Positions 29,703 through 39,474 are shown, counted from the first letter of the stretch. The stretch: DNA of 64,000 nt from Motiliproteus sp. (GCF_965230735.1 NZ_OZ246016.1:765194-829193); one strand, 5' to 3'. Program-made: numbers and translations. Notes: a model not told the origin generated them from the sequence alone.

Positions 29703-30266
29703 TTAAGCCAGATCGCTATCGATCTGCTCGCACAACCAGTGGCCGATAAAGATATGGGCTTCCTGAATACGGGCCGTCTCATCGCTGGGGACGGTTACCG
29801 AGATATCGGCCATTCCCGCTAATTTCCCACCGTCACGACCCAACAAGGTCGCCGATTTGATTCCCATGGCTTGGGCTTGTTCCACCGCTTTGATGATATT
29901 GCCGCTGTTGCCAGAGGTGCTGATGCCGATCACCAGATCACCCGGCTTGGCCAGCCCTTCGATCTGACGCGAGAACAGGGTTTCGAACTCGTAATCGTTG
30001 CTGTGGGCGGTGACCAGCGAACTGTCGGTGGTCAAGGCGATGGAACCCAGAGGTCCCCGTTCGGCCTTGTAGCGCACCATCAGCTCCGCCGCCAGATGCT
30101 GAGCATCGGCCGCGCTGCCGCCGTTACCCATCCACAACACCTTGCCGCCGCCGCGCAGACACTCGACCACGGCCTCGGCCAGCGCAACCACCTCGGGACC
30201 CAGAGACTGAACCCGCTCAAAGGTTTCCTGATGACGTTTGAGCGCACCTTCGAAACTTGAAATCAC
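29703..30266 (-). CDS. gmhA: Phosphoheptose isomerase
   Basis: Likely GTG 30266; GNGGSAADAQH, NDYEFETLFSRQ, STSGNS, RIQEAH. Confidence 0.93.
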   Translation of the reverse strand: MISSFEGALKRHQETFERVQSLGPEVVALAEAVVECLRGGGKVLWMGNGGSAADAQHLAAELMVRYKAERGPLGSIALTTDSSLVTAHSNDYEFETLFSRQIEGLAKPGDLVIGISTSGNSGNIIKAVEQAQAMGIKSATLLGRDGGKLAGMADISVTVPSDETARIQEAHIFIGHWLCEQIDSDLA

Positions 30267-30359
30267 GCTAGGGACTCTCCGCAGACTGAAAAAAGGAGCC
30301 CAGTATACCAGAGCCCCCACAGGACTGTTAAAAACCTGAATTGCTTCTATGGGATATGC

Positions 30360-30395
30360 TTGACAGCGATAACTAAACCCGCTTAAATACGCGCC
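30360..30395 (+). promoter_or_regulatory. Probable sigma70 promoter of tRNA-Phe
   Basis: TTGACA at 30360, TTAAAT/TAAATA 17-18 bp later, then GC-rich discriminator GCGCC. Confidence 0.5.
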
Positions 30396-30415
30396 TCTTG
30401 CGCATCAGCGCCTGT

Positions 30416-30491
30416 GCCCGGATAGCTCAGTTGGTAGAGCAGAGGATTGAAAATCCTCGTGTCGGTGGTTCGATTCCGCCTCCGGGCACCA
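30416..30491 (+). tRNA. tRNA-Phe (GAA)
   Basis: 76 nt GCCCGGATAGCTCAGTTGGTAGAGCAGAGGATTGAAAATCCTCGTGTCGGTGGTTCGATTCCGCCTCCGGGCACCA; cloverleaf with encoded CCA. Confidence 0.98.
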
Positions 30492-30499
30492 TCTCTTTC

Positions 30500-30530
30500 A
30501 AAGGCTTGCAATCAAATGCAGGCCTTTGTT
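30500..30530 (+). terminator. Terminator after tRNA-Phe
   Basis: AAAGGCTTGCA...TGCAGGCCTTT stem followed by GTT. Confidence 0.65.
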
Positions 30531-30744
30531 GTTTCTGGGTTTAGCACATGGCCATCGACCGCGAGTTGAAAGTTGAAAAAGTGCTACTCAGATCGTGGAT
30601 TTTGTGCGACATTTCACGCCTCTCAACAGGCGCCTAGTCTGGCGTTATATTTTTCTTTGAGTTTCGCCCTTTCCTAGCGAAACCAAGCTCACGACGATCA
30701 CTATCGACAGAGAGGTCGATGCTGTTTATTGGGGGTTTTATGCC

Positions 30745-32667
30745 TTGGAAAATCAATCCATAACTCACTGGAGTGCTGAGCAATCGGCACAACTCTACGG
30801 GATCAACGACTGGGGTTCTGACTACTTCGAATTGTCCGATCAGGGCGATGTTGTCGCTAAGGTGCCCGTCAACGACAAACTCGTTCGTCTTCCTTTGCCT
30901 GAAATACTCTCCGGCATTCGTCAACGGGGCTTACCGCTGCCGTTGATCCTGCGAATCGAGAACCTGCTCGACGCCCAGATTCAGAAGCTCAACGAAGCCT
31001 TTAAGCGGGCCATTGACAGCTCCGGCTATCAGGGGGCCTATCAGGGTGTGTTTCCGATCAAGGTCAATCAACAGGCCCAGGTGATCGATGAGATCGCTCA
31101 CTTTGGCCAGCGCTACCGCCATGGTCTGGAAGCGGGCAGTAAGGCCGAATTAATCATCGCCTTATCAACACTGAAGGCCGATGGTCGCTTGATCGTCTGC
31201 AACGGCTACAAGGATCAAGAGTTTATCGACCTGGGGCTGCGTGCGCAGCGGCTGGGTTATCGCTGTCTGTTTGTGATCGAAACGCCGACCGAGCTGCCGA
31301 TCATTATCGAGCGCAGCCATGCGCTGGGGATCCGGCCGCTGGTGGGGGTCCGGATCAAGCTGTCTTCCAAGGTCAGTGGGCTGTGGAACAAGACCAGCGG
31401 CGATCGCAGCATCTTCGGGCTGACCACCAACCAGCTGATCGAGGTGATCGATACCCTCAAGCAGCACCAGATGCTCGACTGCCTGCAGTTGCTGCACTAC
31501 CACCTGGGCTCCCAGATCCCCAATATTCGCGAGATTCGCAACGGGGTGATGGAGGCGTGCCGTTACTATACCGACCTGGTCAAGGAAGGTGCCGCGATGG
31601 GCTTTCTCGACCTGGGCGGTGGCCTGGCGGTCGACTACACCGGTGCCAGCAGCAACCAGGAGCACTCCAAGAACTACAACCTCAACGAGTATTGCAGCGA
31701 TATCGTCGAGGTGGTGATGAGCACCCTTGATGCCCAGGGCATCGAGCACCCCTGTATCGTCACTGAATCGGGACGGGCCACGGTCGCTTACTCCTCGATG
31801 CTGCTGTTCGATGTGCTGGAAGTGACCCAGTTTGAGCCGGTCGACAGCGCGCCGACCGTGCCTGAAGATTCCCACGAACTTATTCTGAACCTGCAGGACG
31901 TGCTCAAGGGGATCACCTCGAAGAACCTGCAAGCGAGCTACAACGACGCCCTCTATTACCGCGATGAGATCGGGGAGCTGTTCAAGCGCGGTCAGATCAG
32001 CCTGCGCGATCGCTCGGGGGCAGAGAACCTGTTCTTAGCGACGCTGCAGCGGATAGTCGCGCTGTTGAAACAGTCGGATCGGATTCCGCCGGATCTGGAA
32101 GGGTTGCGTGAATACCTGGCCGATATTTACTACGGCAATTTCAGCGTGTTCCAGTCGCTGCCCGATGTCTGGGCGATCGACCAGGTGTTCCCGGTGATGC
32201 CGATTCACCGCAACGACGAAGAACCGACCCGCGAGGCGATCATCGCCGATATCACCTGCGACTGTGACGGCAAGATCGATCGGTTTATCGACGCCAGCGA
32301 GATCCGCAACACTCTGCCATTACATCCGTTGCGTGAGGATGAGGATTACATCCTGGGAGTGTTCCTGGTCGGTGCGTATCAGGAAACCCTGGGGGATCTG
32401 CATAACCTGCTGGGCGATACCGCGGTGGCCAGTGTGCGGATCAATGAAGACGGAACCTTCGATGTGATGAAGGAGCTGGAGGGAGACAGCATCGCCGACG
32501 TGCTCAGCTATGTTGAATTTCAACCCAAGGCGTTGTTTGAAAACTTTCGCGCAACGGCGGAGCAGGCGGTCAGAGATAAAAAAATATCGCCCTCTGAACG
32601 GCGCGATGTGCTGCGTAGTTTCGATGAGAGTCTGCGCGGTTATACCTACTACGAAAAAACCAAATAA
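30745..32667 (+). CDS. speA: Biosynthetic arginine decarboxylase
   Basis: VFPIKVNQ (PLP lysine), GLEAGSKAEL, CNGYKD, HYHLGSQI, DLGGGL, TESGRA, DITCDCDG, GAYQETLG. Confidence 0.95.
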   Translation: MENQSITHWSAEQSAQLYGINDWGSDYFELSDQGDVVAKVPVNDKLVRLPLPEILSGIRQRGLPLPLILRIENLLDAQIQKLNEAFKRAIDSSGYQGAYQGVFPIKVNQQAQVIDEIAHFGQRYRHGLEAGSKAELIIALSTLKADGRLIVCNGYKDQEFIDLGLRAQRLGYRCLFVIETPTELPIIIERSHALGIRPLVGVRIKLSSKVSGLWNKTSGDRSIFGLTTNQLIEVIDTLKQHQMLDCLQLLHYHLGSQIPNIREIRNGVMEACRYYTDLVKEGAAMGFLDLGGGLAVDYTGASSNQEHSKNYNLNEYCSDIVEVVMSTLDAQGIEHPCIVTESGRATVAYSSMLLFDVLEVTQFEPVDSAPTVPEDSHELILNLQDVLKGITSKNLQASYNDALYYRDEIGELFKRGQISLRDRSGAENLFLATLQRIVALLKQSDRIPPDLEGLREYLADIYYGNFSVFQSLPDVWAIDQVFPVMPIHRNDEEPTREAIIADITCDCDGKIDRFIDASEIRNTLPLHPLREDEDYILGVFLVGAYQETLGDLHNLLGDTAVASVRINEDGTFDVMKELEGDSIADVLSYVEFQPKALFENFRATAEQAVRDKKISPSERRDVLRSFDESLRGYTYYEKTK

Positions 32668-32750
32668 TTTCAACACGTCGGTTGCGATTTGCTCGCAACC
32701 GGACCTTTTCATTCAGTGGGGAAAACCCCGGAGAATGTGGAGAAAAAACC

Positions 32751-33950
32751 ATGTCTAAAGTACTTATTATCGGTGCCGGTGGTGTCAGCGGTGTGGTGGT
32801 TCACAAATGTGCGCAGTTGCCGGAGGTGTTCTCCGAGATCGTGCTGGCAAGCCGTACCAAATCAAAGTGTGACGCGATCGCTGCTCAGATCGATCGTCCG
32901 ATCGAAACCGCCCAGGTCGATGCCGACAACGTGCCGGAACTGGTTGAACTGATCAATCGGGTCAAGCCGGAACTGGTGATCAACGTGGCTCTGCCGTATC
33001 AGGATCTGACGATCATGGACGCCTGTCTGGAGACCGGGGTTCACTATCTGGATACGGCCAACTACGAGCCGCTGGATACCGCCAAGTTCGAGTACCACTG
33101 GCAATGGGCTTATCAGGATCGTTTCAAGGAAGCGGGCCTGACCGCGCTGCTGGGTTCGGGCTTCGATCCCGGTGCCACCAACATGTTTACCGCCTATGTG
33201 GCCAAGCACTACTTCGACGAGATCCACACCCTGGATATCATCGACGTCAACGGCGGTGACCACGGCTACCCGTTCGCGACCAACTTCAACCCCGAGATCA
33301 ATATCCGCGAAGTGACCGCCGAGTGTCGTCACTGGGAGAACGGAGAGTTTGTTGAAACGCCGGCGATGTCGACCAAGCAGGAGTTCACCTGCCCGGAGGA
33401 GGTCGGTACCTTCAATATCTACCGGATGTACCACGAGGAGCTGGAGTCGCTGACCAAGCACTACCCGACCCTGAAAAAGGCGCAGTTCTGGATGAGCTTC
33501 GGTGACAGCTACCTCAAGCATCTGGAAGTGCTGGGCAATGTCGGGATGACCGGTATCGAGCCGGTGGAGTACAACGGTCAGCAGATCGTGCCGATCCAGT
33601 TTCTGAAGTCGCTGCTGCCCGACCCGGCTTCACTGGGGCCGCGTACCGTCGGTAAGACCTGTATCGGTTGTTATGTCCGCGGTATCAAAGACGGACAGCC
33701 GAAAACCGTCTACATCTACAACACCTGCGATCACCAGGCCTGTTATCAGGAAGTGAAATCCCAGGCGATCTCCTACACCACCGGGGTGCCGGCGATGATC
33801 GGTGCCAAGATGATCCTGGAAGGTGGCTGGAAGCAGCCGGGGGTCTGGAACATGGAGCAGATGGATCCGGATAACTTTATGGCGGATATGAACCAGTACG
33901 GCCTGCCCTGGACCGTAATCGAAGACCCCGAGTTTGAGCTGATGCCCTAA
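32751..33950 (+). CDS. Carboxy(nor)spermidine dehydrogenase/synthase (saccharopine dehydrogenase family)
   Basis: LIIGAGGV, INVALPYQDL, YLDTANYE, GSGFDPG, TNFNPEINIRE, HEELESL, SYTTGVPA; lies next to nspC. Confidence 0.92.
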   Translation: MSKVLIIGAGGVSGVVVHKCAQLPEVFSEIVLASRTKSKCDAIAAQIDRPIETAQVDADNVPELVELINRVKPELVINVALPYQDLTIMDACLETGVHYLDTANYEPLDTAKFEYHWQWAYQDRFKEAGLTALLGSGFDPGATNMFTAYVAKHYFDEIHTLDIIDVNGGDHGYPFATNFNPEINIREVTAECRHWENGEFVETPAMSTKQEFTCPEEVGTFNIYRMYHEELESLTKHYPTLKKAQFWMSFGDSYLKHLEVLGNVGMTGIEPVEYNGQQIVPIQFLKSLLPDPASLGPRTVGKTCIGCYVRGIKDGQPKTVYIYNTCDHQACYQEVKSQAISYTTGVPAMIGAKMILEGGWKQPGVWNMEQMDPDNFMADMNQYGLPWTVIEDPEFELMP

Positions 33951-33991
33951 CGGCGTTGGCTCAAAGTCGGTGATGGTTGAGGAAAGCGCCC

Positions 33992-35179
33992 GTGACGATT
34001 AAATGCCAAACCTTCGAGGGCTTTGATCCCTCCCGTGTGCCATCGCCCTGCTTTGTCGTTGACGAAGCGGCGGTCGAGGCGAATCTGAAGCTGTTGCAGC
34101 AGCTTCAGCAACGCAGCGGCGCCAAGGTGCTGGCGGCCTTGAAGGCGTTTTCCTGCTGGCAGCTGGGTGAGCTGACGGCACGCTACCTATCCGGTAGTTG
34201 CGCCAGCGGTTTGCATGAAGCCAGGCTGGCGCGGGAGCACTATAGCGGCAGCGATGGAAGCGGCGAGGTACATGTCTATTCCGCCGCCTACAGCGAAGCC
34301 GATATGGTTGCACTGGTCGAGCTGGCCGATCATCTGGTGTTCAACTCGTTCGATCAGTGGCGCCGTTTCAAGCCGCTGATCGAGCAGGCCCAGCAGCATC
34401 GGCCGCAGCTGAAAGTCGGTCTGCGGATCAATCCCGAGCACTCCGAAGGCACGGTGGCGATCTATGATCCCTGTGCTCCCGGCTCGCGTCTGGGGATTCC
34501 GCTGGCGGCCTTCTCGGGTCAAGATCTGAGCGGCCTCAGCGGGTTGCATTTCCATACCCTGTGCGAGCAGGGCTTTGATGCGCTGGATCGCACCCTGGTG
34601 GCGGTCGAGCGCAAGTTCGGACACCTGTTGCCGCAGCTGGAGTGGATCAATTTCGGTGGTGGCCACTGGTTGACCGCACCCGGCTATGATCTGGATGGGT
34701 TGGTTGAGCGTATCCGAGACTTCTCTCGACGGTACGATCTTCAGGTCTATCTGGAGCCGGGGGAGGCGATCGCGATCCATACCGGGGTGCTGGTTGGCGA
34801 GGTGCTGGACGTGGCGCAGACCGATCGCCAGCATGCGTTGTTGGACGTATCGGCCACCTGCCATATGCCCGATACCCTGGAGATGCCCTACCGTGCCGAT
34901 ATCTTTACGGCCGGTGAGGCGGACGCCAAGCCCCATACCTATGAGCTCGGCGGGCCCAGCTGTCTAGCCGGTGATCGGATCGGTCAGTACAGCTTTGATC
35001 GACCGCTGAGGGTCGGGCAACGGTTGCTGTTTGATGATATGGCACACTATACGATGGTGAAGACGACCACCTTCAACGGGGTGAAACTGCCGGCCATTGC
35101 GATCTGGAACTCGGATACGGACGAGCTACGGGTGGTGCGCGAGTTTGGTTATCAGGACTTCAAGACGAGGTTGTCCTGA
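33992..35179 (+). CDS. nspC: Carboxy(nor)spermidine decarboxylase
   Basis: LAALKAFS, ASGLHEARL, RINPE, YDPCAPGSRLG, HFHTLCE, NFGGGH, LEPGE, DMAHYTMVKTTTFNG. Confidence 0.93.
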   Translation: MTIKCQTFEGFDPSRVPSPCFVVDEAAVEANLKLLQQLQQRSGAKVLAALKAFSCWQLGELTARYLSGSCASGLHEARLAREHYSGSDGSGEVHVYSAAYSEADMVALVELADHLVFNSFDQWRRFKPLIEQAQQHRPQLKVGLRINPEHSEGTVAIYDPCAPGSRLGIPLAAFSGQDLSGLSGLHFHTLCEQGFDALDRTLVAVERKFGHLLPQLEWINFGGGHWLTAPGYDLDGLVERIRDFSRRYDLQVYLEPGEAIAIHTGVLVGEVLDVAQTDRQHALLDVSATCHMPDTLEMPYRADIFTAGEADAKPHTYELGGPSCLAGDRIGQYSFDRPLRVGQRLLFDDMAHYTMVKTTTFNGVKLPAIAIWNSDTDELRVVREFGYQDFKTRLS

Positions 35180-35187
35180 GCGGGTCG

Positions 35188-36111
35188 ATGGACCCGGCAA
35201 CGGAGGTAATGATGGATAATTTTGATCAATTGGTGGCGCCCGAGTATCCGATCTTTCTGGGCTCCGAGATCGAGCAGCCCAGTCCGCAGGAGGCGCGCTT
35301 CCATATCCTGCCGGTTCCCTACGAAGACAGTGTCTCTTACGGCGGCGGTACCGCCAATGGCCCCAAATCGATCCTGCAGGCGTCCTGGCAGCTGGAGACT
35401 TGGGATGGTCAGTCCAACCCCAGCGAGCTGGGAATCTATACCCATCAGCCGATCAACTGTCATGGGGAAGCGCAGGCAGTGATCGGCCGGATCGCCGCGC
35501 TGACCTACGAGATCGCCAAATTGGGCAAGATGCCGGTTGCCCTGGGGGGAGAACATTCGGTGACCTGGGGGGTGATCAAAGGATTACTGGACGCCGGTAT
35601 TGACGATTTCGGAGTGGTCCAGATCGATGCCCATGCCGATCTGCGCGATGCCTATGAGGGTAACCCCTACAGTCATGCCAGTGTGATGAAGCGGATCGTC
35701 GACCAGGGGGTGCCGCTGTTCCAGTTGGGTATCAGGGCCTTCTGCGACGAGGAGCGCCAGACTCGAGAACAGTTTGGGGTCCATTATCTGGATGCGGATC
35801 AGTTGGTTCCGCAGCAGATCAATCAGATCGAACTGCCCAGCGATTTTCCCAGCCGGGTGTTCTTCACCGTCGATGTCGATGGCCTTGATCCCAGCGTATT
35901 TCCCTCAACCGGAACGCCGGTTCCCGGAGGGTTGGGTTGGTACCAGACCCTGAGTCTGTTCGAATCGGTCGCCAGGCAGCGCCAGATCATCGGTTTCGAT
36001 GTTATGGAACATGCGCCTATTCCCGGTTTTCATGCCTATGATTTCGCCGCCTCGATGCTGGTCTACAAACTGATGGGAATTGTGCAGCGGACCCAACCTG
36101 CGCCTGTTTGA
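35188..36111 (+). CDS. speB: Agmatinase
   Basis: GGEHS, IDAHADLRD, DVDGLDPS, TGTP ureohydrolase motifs; in an operon with speA. Confidence 0.9.
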   Translation: MDPATEVMMDNFDQLVAPEYPIFLGSEIEQPSPQEARFHILPVPYEDSVSYGGGTANGPKSILQASWQLETWDGQSNPSELGIYTHQPINCHGEAQAVIGRIAALTYEIAKLGKMPVALGGEHSVTWGVIKGLLDAGIDDFGVVQIDAHADLRDAYEGNPYSHASVMKRIVDQGVPLFQLGIRAFCDEERQTREQFGVHYLDADQLVPQQINQIELPSDFPSRVFFTVDVDGLDPSVFPSTGTPVPGGLGWYQTLSLFESVARQRQIIGFDVMEHAPIPGFHAYDFAASMLVYKLMGIVQRTQPAPV

Positions 36112-36199
36112 GCAGTTCTTGGATCGGGACTCTGTTGGTAATCCGTTTCGCTAGGGTCGAACGGTATTCGGCTTGATGCTGAGCGGTTAGCTGCTTAGG

Positions 36200-36478
36200 A
36201 TGAGCCGAGTTTCAATTAATGAGGAAAATCTGATGGTCGATAAGCGGGAGATTCGTAAGGACCGGTACTTGAAGTTGATGACTAAGACCGGGATTCCGCT
36301 GGCGATCATCAGTGTGCTGAGTCTTTGGGCCGGACGCTATTTTGGCTCGCCGGGACTGGGGATGCTGTTCTTTATCACCTGCCCGTTGGCGATGGCGATT
36401 GGCCTGGCCTACAACATCCGTTACGTGATGCTGGCGGTGCGCAAGCAGCGTGAGGCGAAGGAAAAAGAGGAGCGGTAA
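36200..36478 (+). CDS. Small 2-TM hypothetical membrane protein
   Basis: Two hydrophobic segments with basic flanks; ends 3 bp before the Crp gene. Start may be ATG 36233. Confidence 0.6.
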   Translation: MSRVSINEENLMVDKREIRKDRYLKLMTKTGIPLAIISVLSLWAGRYFGSPGLGMLFFITCPLAMAIGLAYNIRYVMLAVRKQREAKEKEER

Positions 36479-36481
36479 GCC

Positions 36482-37156
36482 ATGAGCGAACTCCATCCGC
36501 TGCTCGAAATGCACTTTCCGACCCTGGCCGGCGTTGATGATGCCGAGGGTCGGGCGATTCTGTCCGAGGCGATGTTGCTGGAGGTACCGCCGGGGCAGTC
36601 GGTGTTCCGGGTTGGTGATCCTTGCCAAAATTTTCTGATGGTCGCCGCCGGCCAGGTCAAGGTGATCGGGCGCGGCAGCAGCGGACGTGAAATTCTGCTG
36701 TACCGGATTGATCAGGGTGGCACCTGCGTGCTGACCACCGCCTGCCTGATGGGGCACGATGCCTATCCGGCCGAAGGGATTACCGAGACCACGGTACAGG
36801 CGTTTGCGATTCCGCGGCAGCGGTTTGAGCAGGCGCTGGCCGGTTCGGAAGGCTTACGTCGGTTTGTGTTCGCTTCTTATGGCGAGCGGTTGAGCGACCT
36901 GATCCGGCTGGTTCAGCAGTTGGCCTTCGAACGGATCGACCTACGCCTGGCCCGCTATCTGATCGAAAACTGCCGTGAACGGATCGAGGTGCAGATTACC
37001 CACCAGCAGTTGGCGATCGAACTGGGCTCGGCCCGAGAAGTGGTCAGTCGCCAGCTCAAGAGTTTCGAACGTCAGGGCTGGATCAGCCTGGGACGCGGAA
37101 CCATCCGGGTCGAACATCTGGCCGGACTGGAAACCCTGCTCGATTGTCAGGGCTGA
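36482..37156 (+). CDS. Crp/Fnr family transcriptional regulator
   Basis: cNMP-binding fold (GREILLYRI, TCVLT) and HTH THQQLAIELGSAREVVSRQLK. Confidence 0.92.
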   Translation: MSELHPLLEMHFPTLAGVDDAEGRAILSEAMLLEVPPGQSVFRVGDPCQNFLMVAAGQVKVIGRGSSGREILLYRIDQGGTCVLTTACLMGHDAYPAEGITETTVQAFAIPRQRFEQALAGSEGLRRFVFASYGERLSDLIRLVQQLAFERIDLRLARYLIENCRERIEVQITHQQLAIELGSAREVVSRQLKSFERQGWISLGRGTIRVEHLAGLETLLDCQG

Positions 37157-37191
37157 GCCGGCTTCTTCATCCGCCACTAATTCGCCCTTAT

Positions 37192-37204
37192 GTGACCTAG
37201 TCAC
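37192..37204. promoter_or_regulatory. Palindrome GTGAC-CTA-GTCAC, candidate operator upstream of the DUF2892 gene
   Basis: Perfect inverted repeat 78 bp upstream of ATG 37282; half-sites resemble the CRP family. Confidence 0.4.
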
Positions 37205-37281
37205 TGAACTCTCCATTAGGCTCGACTAAAGTAGCTCCATCTGCCGTACGGCACTCAAGCGACTTGATAAGGAGCCTTCCT

Positions 37282-37476
37282 ATGAACGCGAATATTGGCA
37301 CTGTCGATAAGATCCTGCGCATCGTTGCCGGATTGGTTCTGATCTCCCTGGTTTTCATCGGCCCGCAGACCCCTTGGGGCTGGGTTGGCCTGGTGCCCTT
37401 GCTGACCGCACTGATCAACTTCTGTCCGGCTTACCGGATCTTCGGTATCAGCACCTGCCGCAAGTGCGACTCCTGA
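37282..37476 (+). CDS. DUF2892 (YgaP-like) membrane protein
   Basis: NIGTVDKILRIVAGL...PLLTALINFCPAYRIFGISTC; AAGGAG RBS. Confidence 0.9.
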   Translation: MNANIGTVDKILRIVAGLVLISLVFIGPQTPWGWVGLVPLLTALINFCPAYRIFGISTCRKCDS

Positions 37477-37649
37477 TCCGATTCTAATCGGTACGGGCTA
37501 GGGTTCTGCTCGAGGCTGGCCTCGTCAGGCTTGACGTCCGGGGTCGGTGACCGACCTGTTTTTCGATGGTTTGGGCTGGAAGGGAGTCTGCCGCAGTCTT
37601 CCTGGCCAGATGTAAGGCGCCAAGGTCCTGAAATTTGGTTATGCCCCTT

Positions 37650-37686
37650 ACGGCAGCGTTAGTAACCCGACGCTGCCGTTTTTTTC
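37650..37686 (+). terminator. Rho-independent terminator
   Basis: ACGGCAGCGT-loop-ACGCTGCCGT followed by a T tract. Confidence 0.75.
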
Positions 37687-37747
37687 TGTCTCCGCGGCTC
37701 CACTGCTATGTCTGCTCAAATGCCGCGATGTCGGTTTTCTATTTCCA

Positions 37748-37764
37748 GTTCAGTCAGTATTCAT
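37748..37764 (+). promoter_or_regulatory. PhoP-type box (GTTCAG-N5-ATTCAT)
   Basis: Matches the Pseudomonas PhoP direct repeat GTTCAG-N5-RTTCAG; TAATCT about 11 bp downstream; precedes the operon carrying the PhoP/PhoQ-like pair. Confidence 0.5.
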
Positions 37765-37812
37765 TGATCGCGCCCTAATCTGTGTTTAGAAACGCTAACA
37801 GGGGACAGAACG

Positions 37813-38433
37813 ATGAACACTCATCTCAACAAAACCAAGCGTCCATTCAAGAGCATGCTGCTGGGGCTGGCGATCAGCGCTTTGATTGCTGCGCCGGTGA
37901 TGGCCGAGGCCGGCCACCGCGGTGATCACAAGTATCAGAATCACAACTACCAGAAAGGAAAGGCTCGATACGACTATGCCAAAGTGGTGTCGGTCGAGCC
38001 GGTGACCCGATCGGTATCGCGCAAAGTGCCCTACCAGAGTTGTTGGCAGGAGGAGGTGGCCTACGAGGTGCCGACCCATGGTGGCTACCGATCACGTACC
38101 CCGGAGATTCTCGGTGGCATTGCGGGTGTCGCGCTGGGGAGCAGCCTGGGCAGCAATCACCACAAGAGCAACCGCACCATCAAGGCGATTGCCGGTGGTT
38201 TGCTGGGAGCATCCATCGGACGGGATCTGGGGCGTCAGCACCACCAGCCGGCGACCCGAACGGAATACCGCACCGAACAGCGTTGTGATACCCACTACGA
38301 AACTCACTGGGAGGAGCGGATTACCGGCTACGATGTCCGCTACCGCTATCGGGGAGAGACATACCATACCCGCATGGACTATGATCCGGGGAACAAAATT
38401 CGTGTCCAGGTACAGGTAAGGCCGGTGTTCTGA
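37813..38433 (+). CDS. Glycine-zipper 2TM domain protein (YcfJ-like)
   Basis: Signal peptide; YDYAKVVSVEP, GGIAGVALGSSLG, AGGLLGASIG, GYDVRYRYRG. Confidence 0.8.
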   Translation: MNTHLNKTKRPFKSMLLGLAISALIAAPVMAEAGHRGDHKYQNHNYQKGKARYDYAKVVSVEPVTRSVSRKVPYQSCWQEEVAYEVPTHGGYRSRTPEILGGIAGVALGSSLGSNHHKSNRTIKAIAGGLLGASIGRDLGRQHHQPATRTEYRTEQRCDTHYETHWEERITGYDVRYRYRGETYHTRMDYDPGNKIRVQVQVRPVF

Positions 38434-38467
38434 TTGCAGCACGTCGGCCGATGGAGGCTAGTCCGGT

Positions 38468-38752
38468 TTGACCCTGAATAATCAACTTGTTCGCAGTGTG
38501 GGTGTGTCGTTGTTAACGGGGCTGTTGATGCTGACCACGCCGACCGTGCAGGCAGCCGATCCAATCGGCAGAGACCGGGCCGCTGAGTTGGTGCAGCAAC
38601 GCTACGGCGGCAAGGTGTTGGATCTTCAGCGGGTCGGCAGTGGCAACAAGATGGCCTATCGGGTCAAGCTGCTGCAGCCTTCCGGGCGGGTTAAATTGAT
38701 TCTGATCGACGCCACCAGCGGTAAGGACTTGCCCTTCAAAGGGCGCCAGTAA
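38468..38752 (+). CDS. PepSY-like domain protein
   Basis: Signal peptide; AAELVQQRYGGKVL, YRVKLLQPSGRV, IDATSG. Confidence 0.8.
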   Translation: MTLNNQLVRSVGVSLLTGLLMLTTPTVQAADPIGRDRAAELVQQRYGGKVLDLQRVGSGNKMAYRVKLLQPSGRVKLILIDATSGKDLPFKGRQ

Positions 38753-38789
38753 ACCGCCAGCTTGGAAAGGATAACGAAAGGGGACAACG

Positions 38790-39467
38790 ATGCGTGTTCT
38801 GGTAGTTGAGGATGAACAGGCGCTGCGTGAGCAGTTGGGTGAGGCGCTGAAGTCGCGCAATTATGCGGTCGATCTGGCGCCTGACGGTGAAGAGGGGCTT
38901 TATCTGGCCCAGGAGTGGGAGTTTGATCTGGCCGTGATCGACCTGGGACTGCCGGGGCTGAGCGGACTGGAGCTGATTCGTCGTATCCGTGAGCAGGGCA
39001 GCCGCCTGCCGATCCTGATTCTGACCGCCCGCAGCGACTGGCAGGATAAGGTGGAAGGTCTGGAAGCCGGTGCCGACGACTATCTGACCAAGCCCTTCCA
39101 TATTGAGGAGCTGCTGGCGCGGGTCAACGCGCTGCTGCGCCGATCGGCCGGTCAGGCCAGCCCCAGCGTCAACTACGGCCCGATCCGGATCGATACTGCC
39201 GCCAAGCGGGTCTACCTGCAGGAGCAGCCGCTGGAGTTGACCGCCTACGAATACAACACCCTGGAATACCTGATTCATCAGGCCGGCAAGGTGGTTTCCA
39301 AGACCGAGCTGACCGAGCACCTCTACGATCAGGACTTTGATCGCGACAGCAACGTGATCGAAGTCTTTATCACCCGCTTGCGCAAGAAGCTCGATCCCAG
39401 CGGCGAGCTGAAACCGATCGCCACCGAGCGCGGTCGCGGTTACCGGTTTGTGTTGAGCGCCGACTGA
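38790..39467 (+). CDS. OmpR-family response regulator (PhoP-like)
   Basis: VVEDE, DLGLP, ILTAR, GADDYLTKPF, winged-helix VIEVFITRLRKKL, RGRGYRF. Confidence 0.93.
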   Translation: MRVLVVEDEQALREQLGEALKSRNYAVDLAPDGEEGLYLAQEWEFDLAVIDLGLPGLSGLELIRRIREQGSRLPILILTARSDWQDKVEGLEAGADDYLTKPFHIEELLARVNALLRRSAGQASPSVNYGPIRIDTAAKRVYLQEQPLELTAYEYNTLEYLIHQAGKVVSKTELTEHLYDQDFDRDSNVIEVFITRLRKKLDPSGELKPIATERGRGYRFVLSAD

Positions 39468-39474
39468 TCTGCTT

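Noticed and set aside
30416-30745. tRNA-Phe as an integration site for a genomic island
   Set aside because: No integrase follows, no duplicated tRNA 3' end was seen in the window, and speA follows directly.
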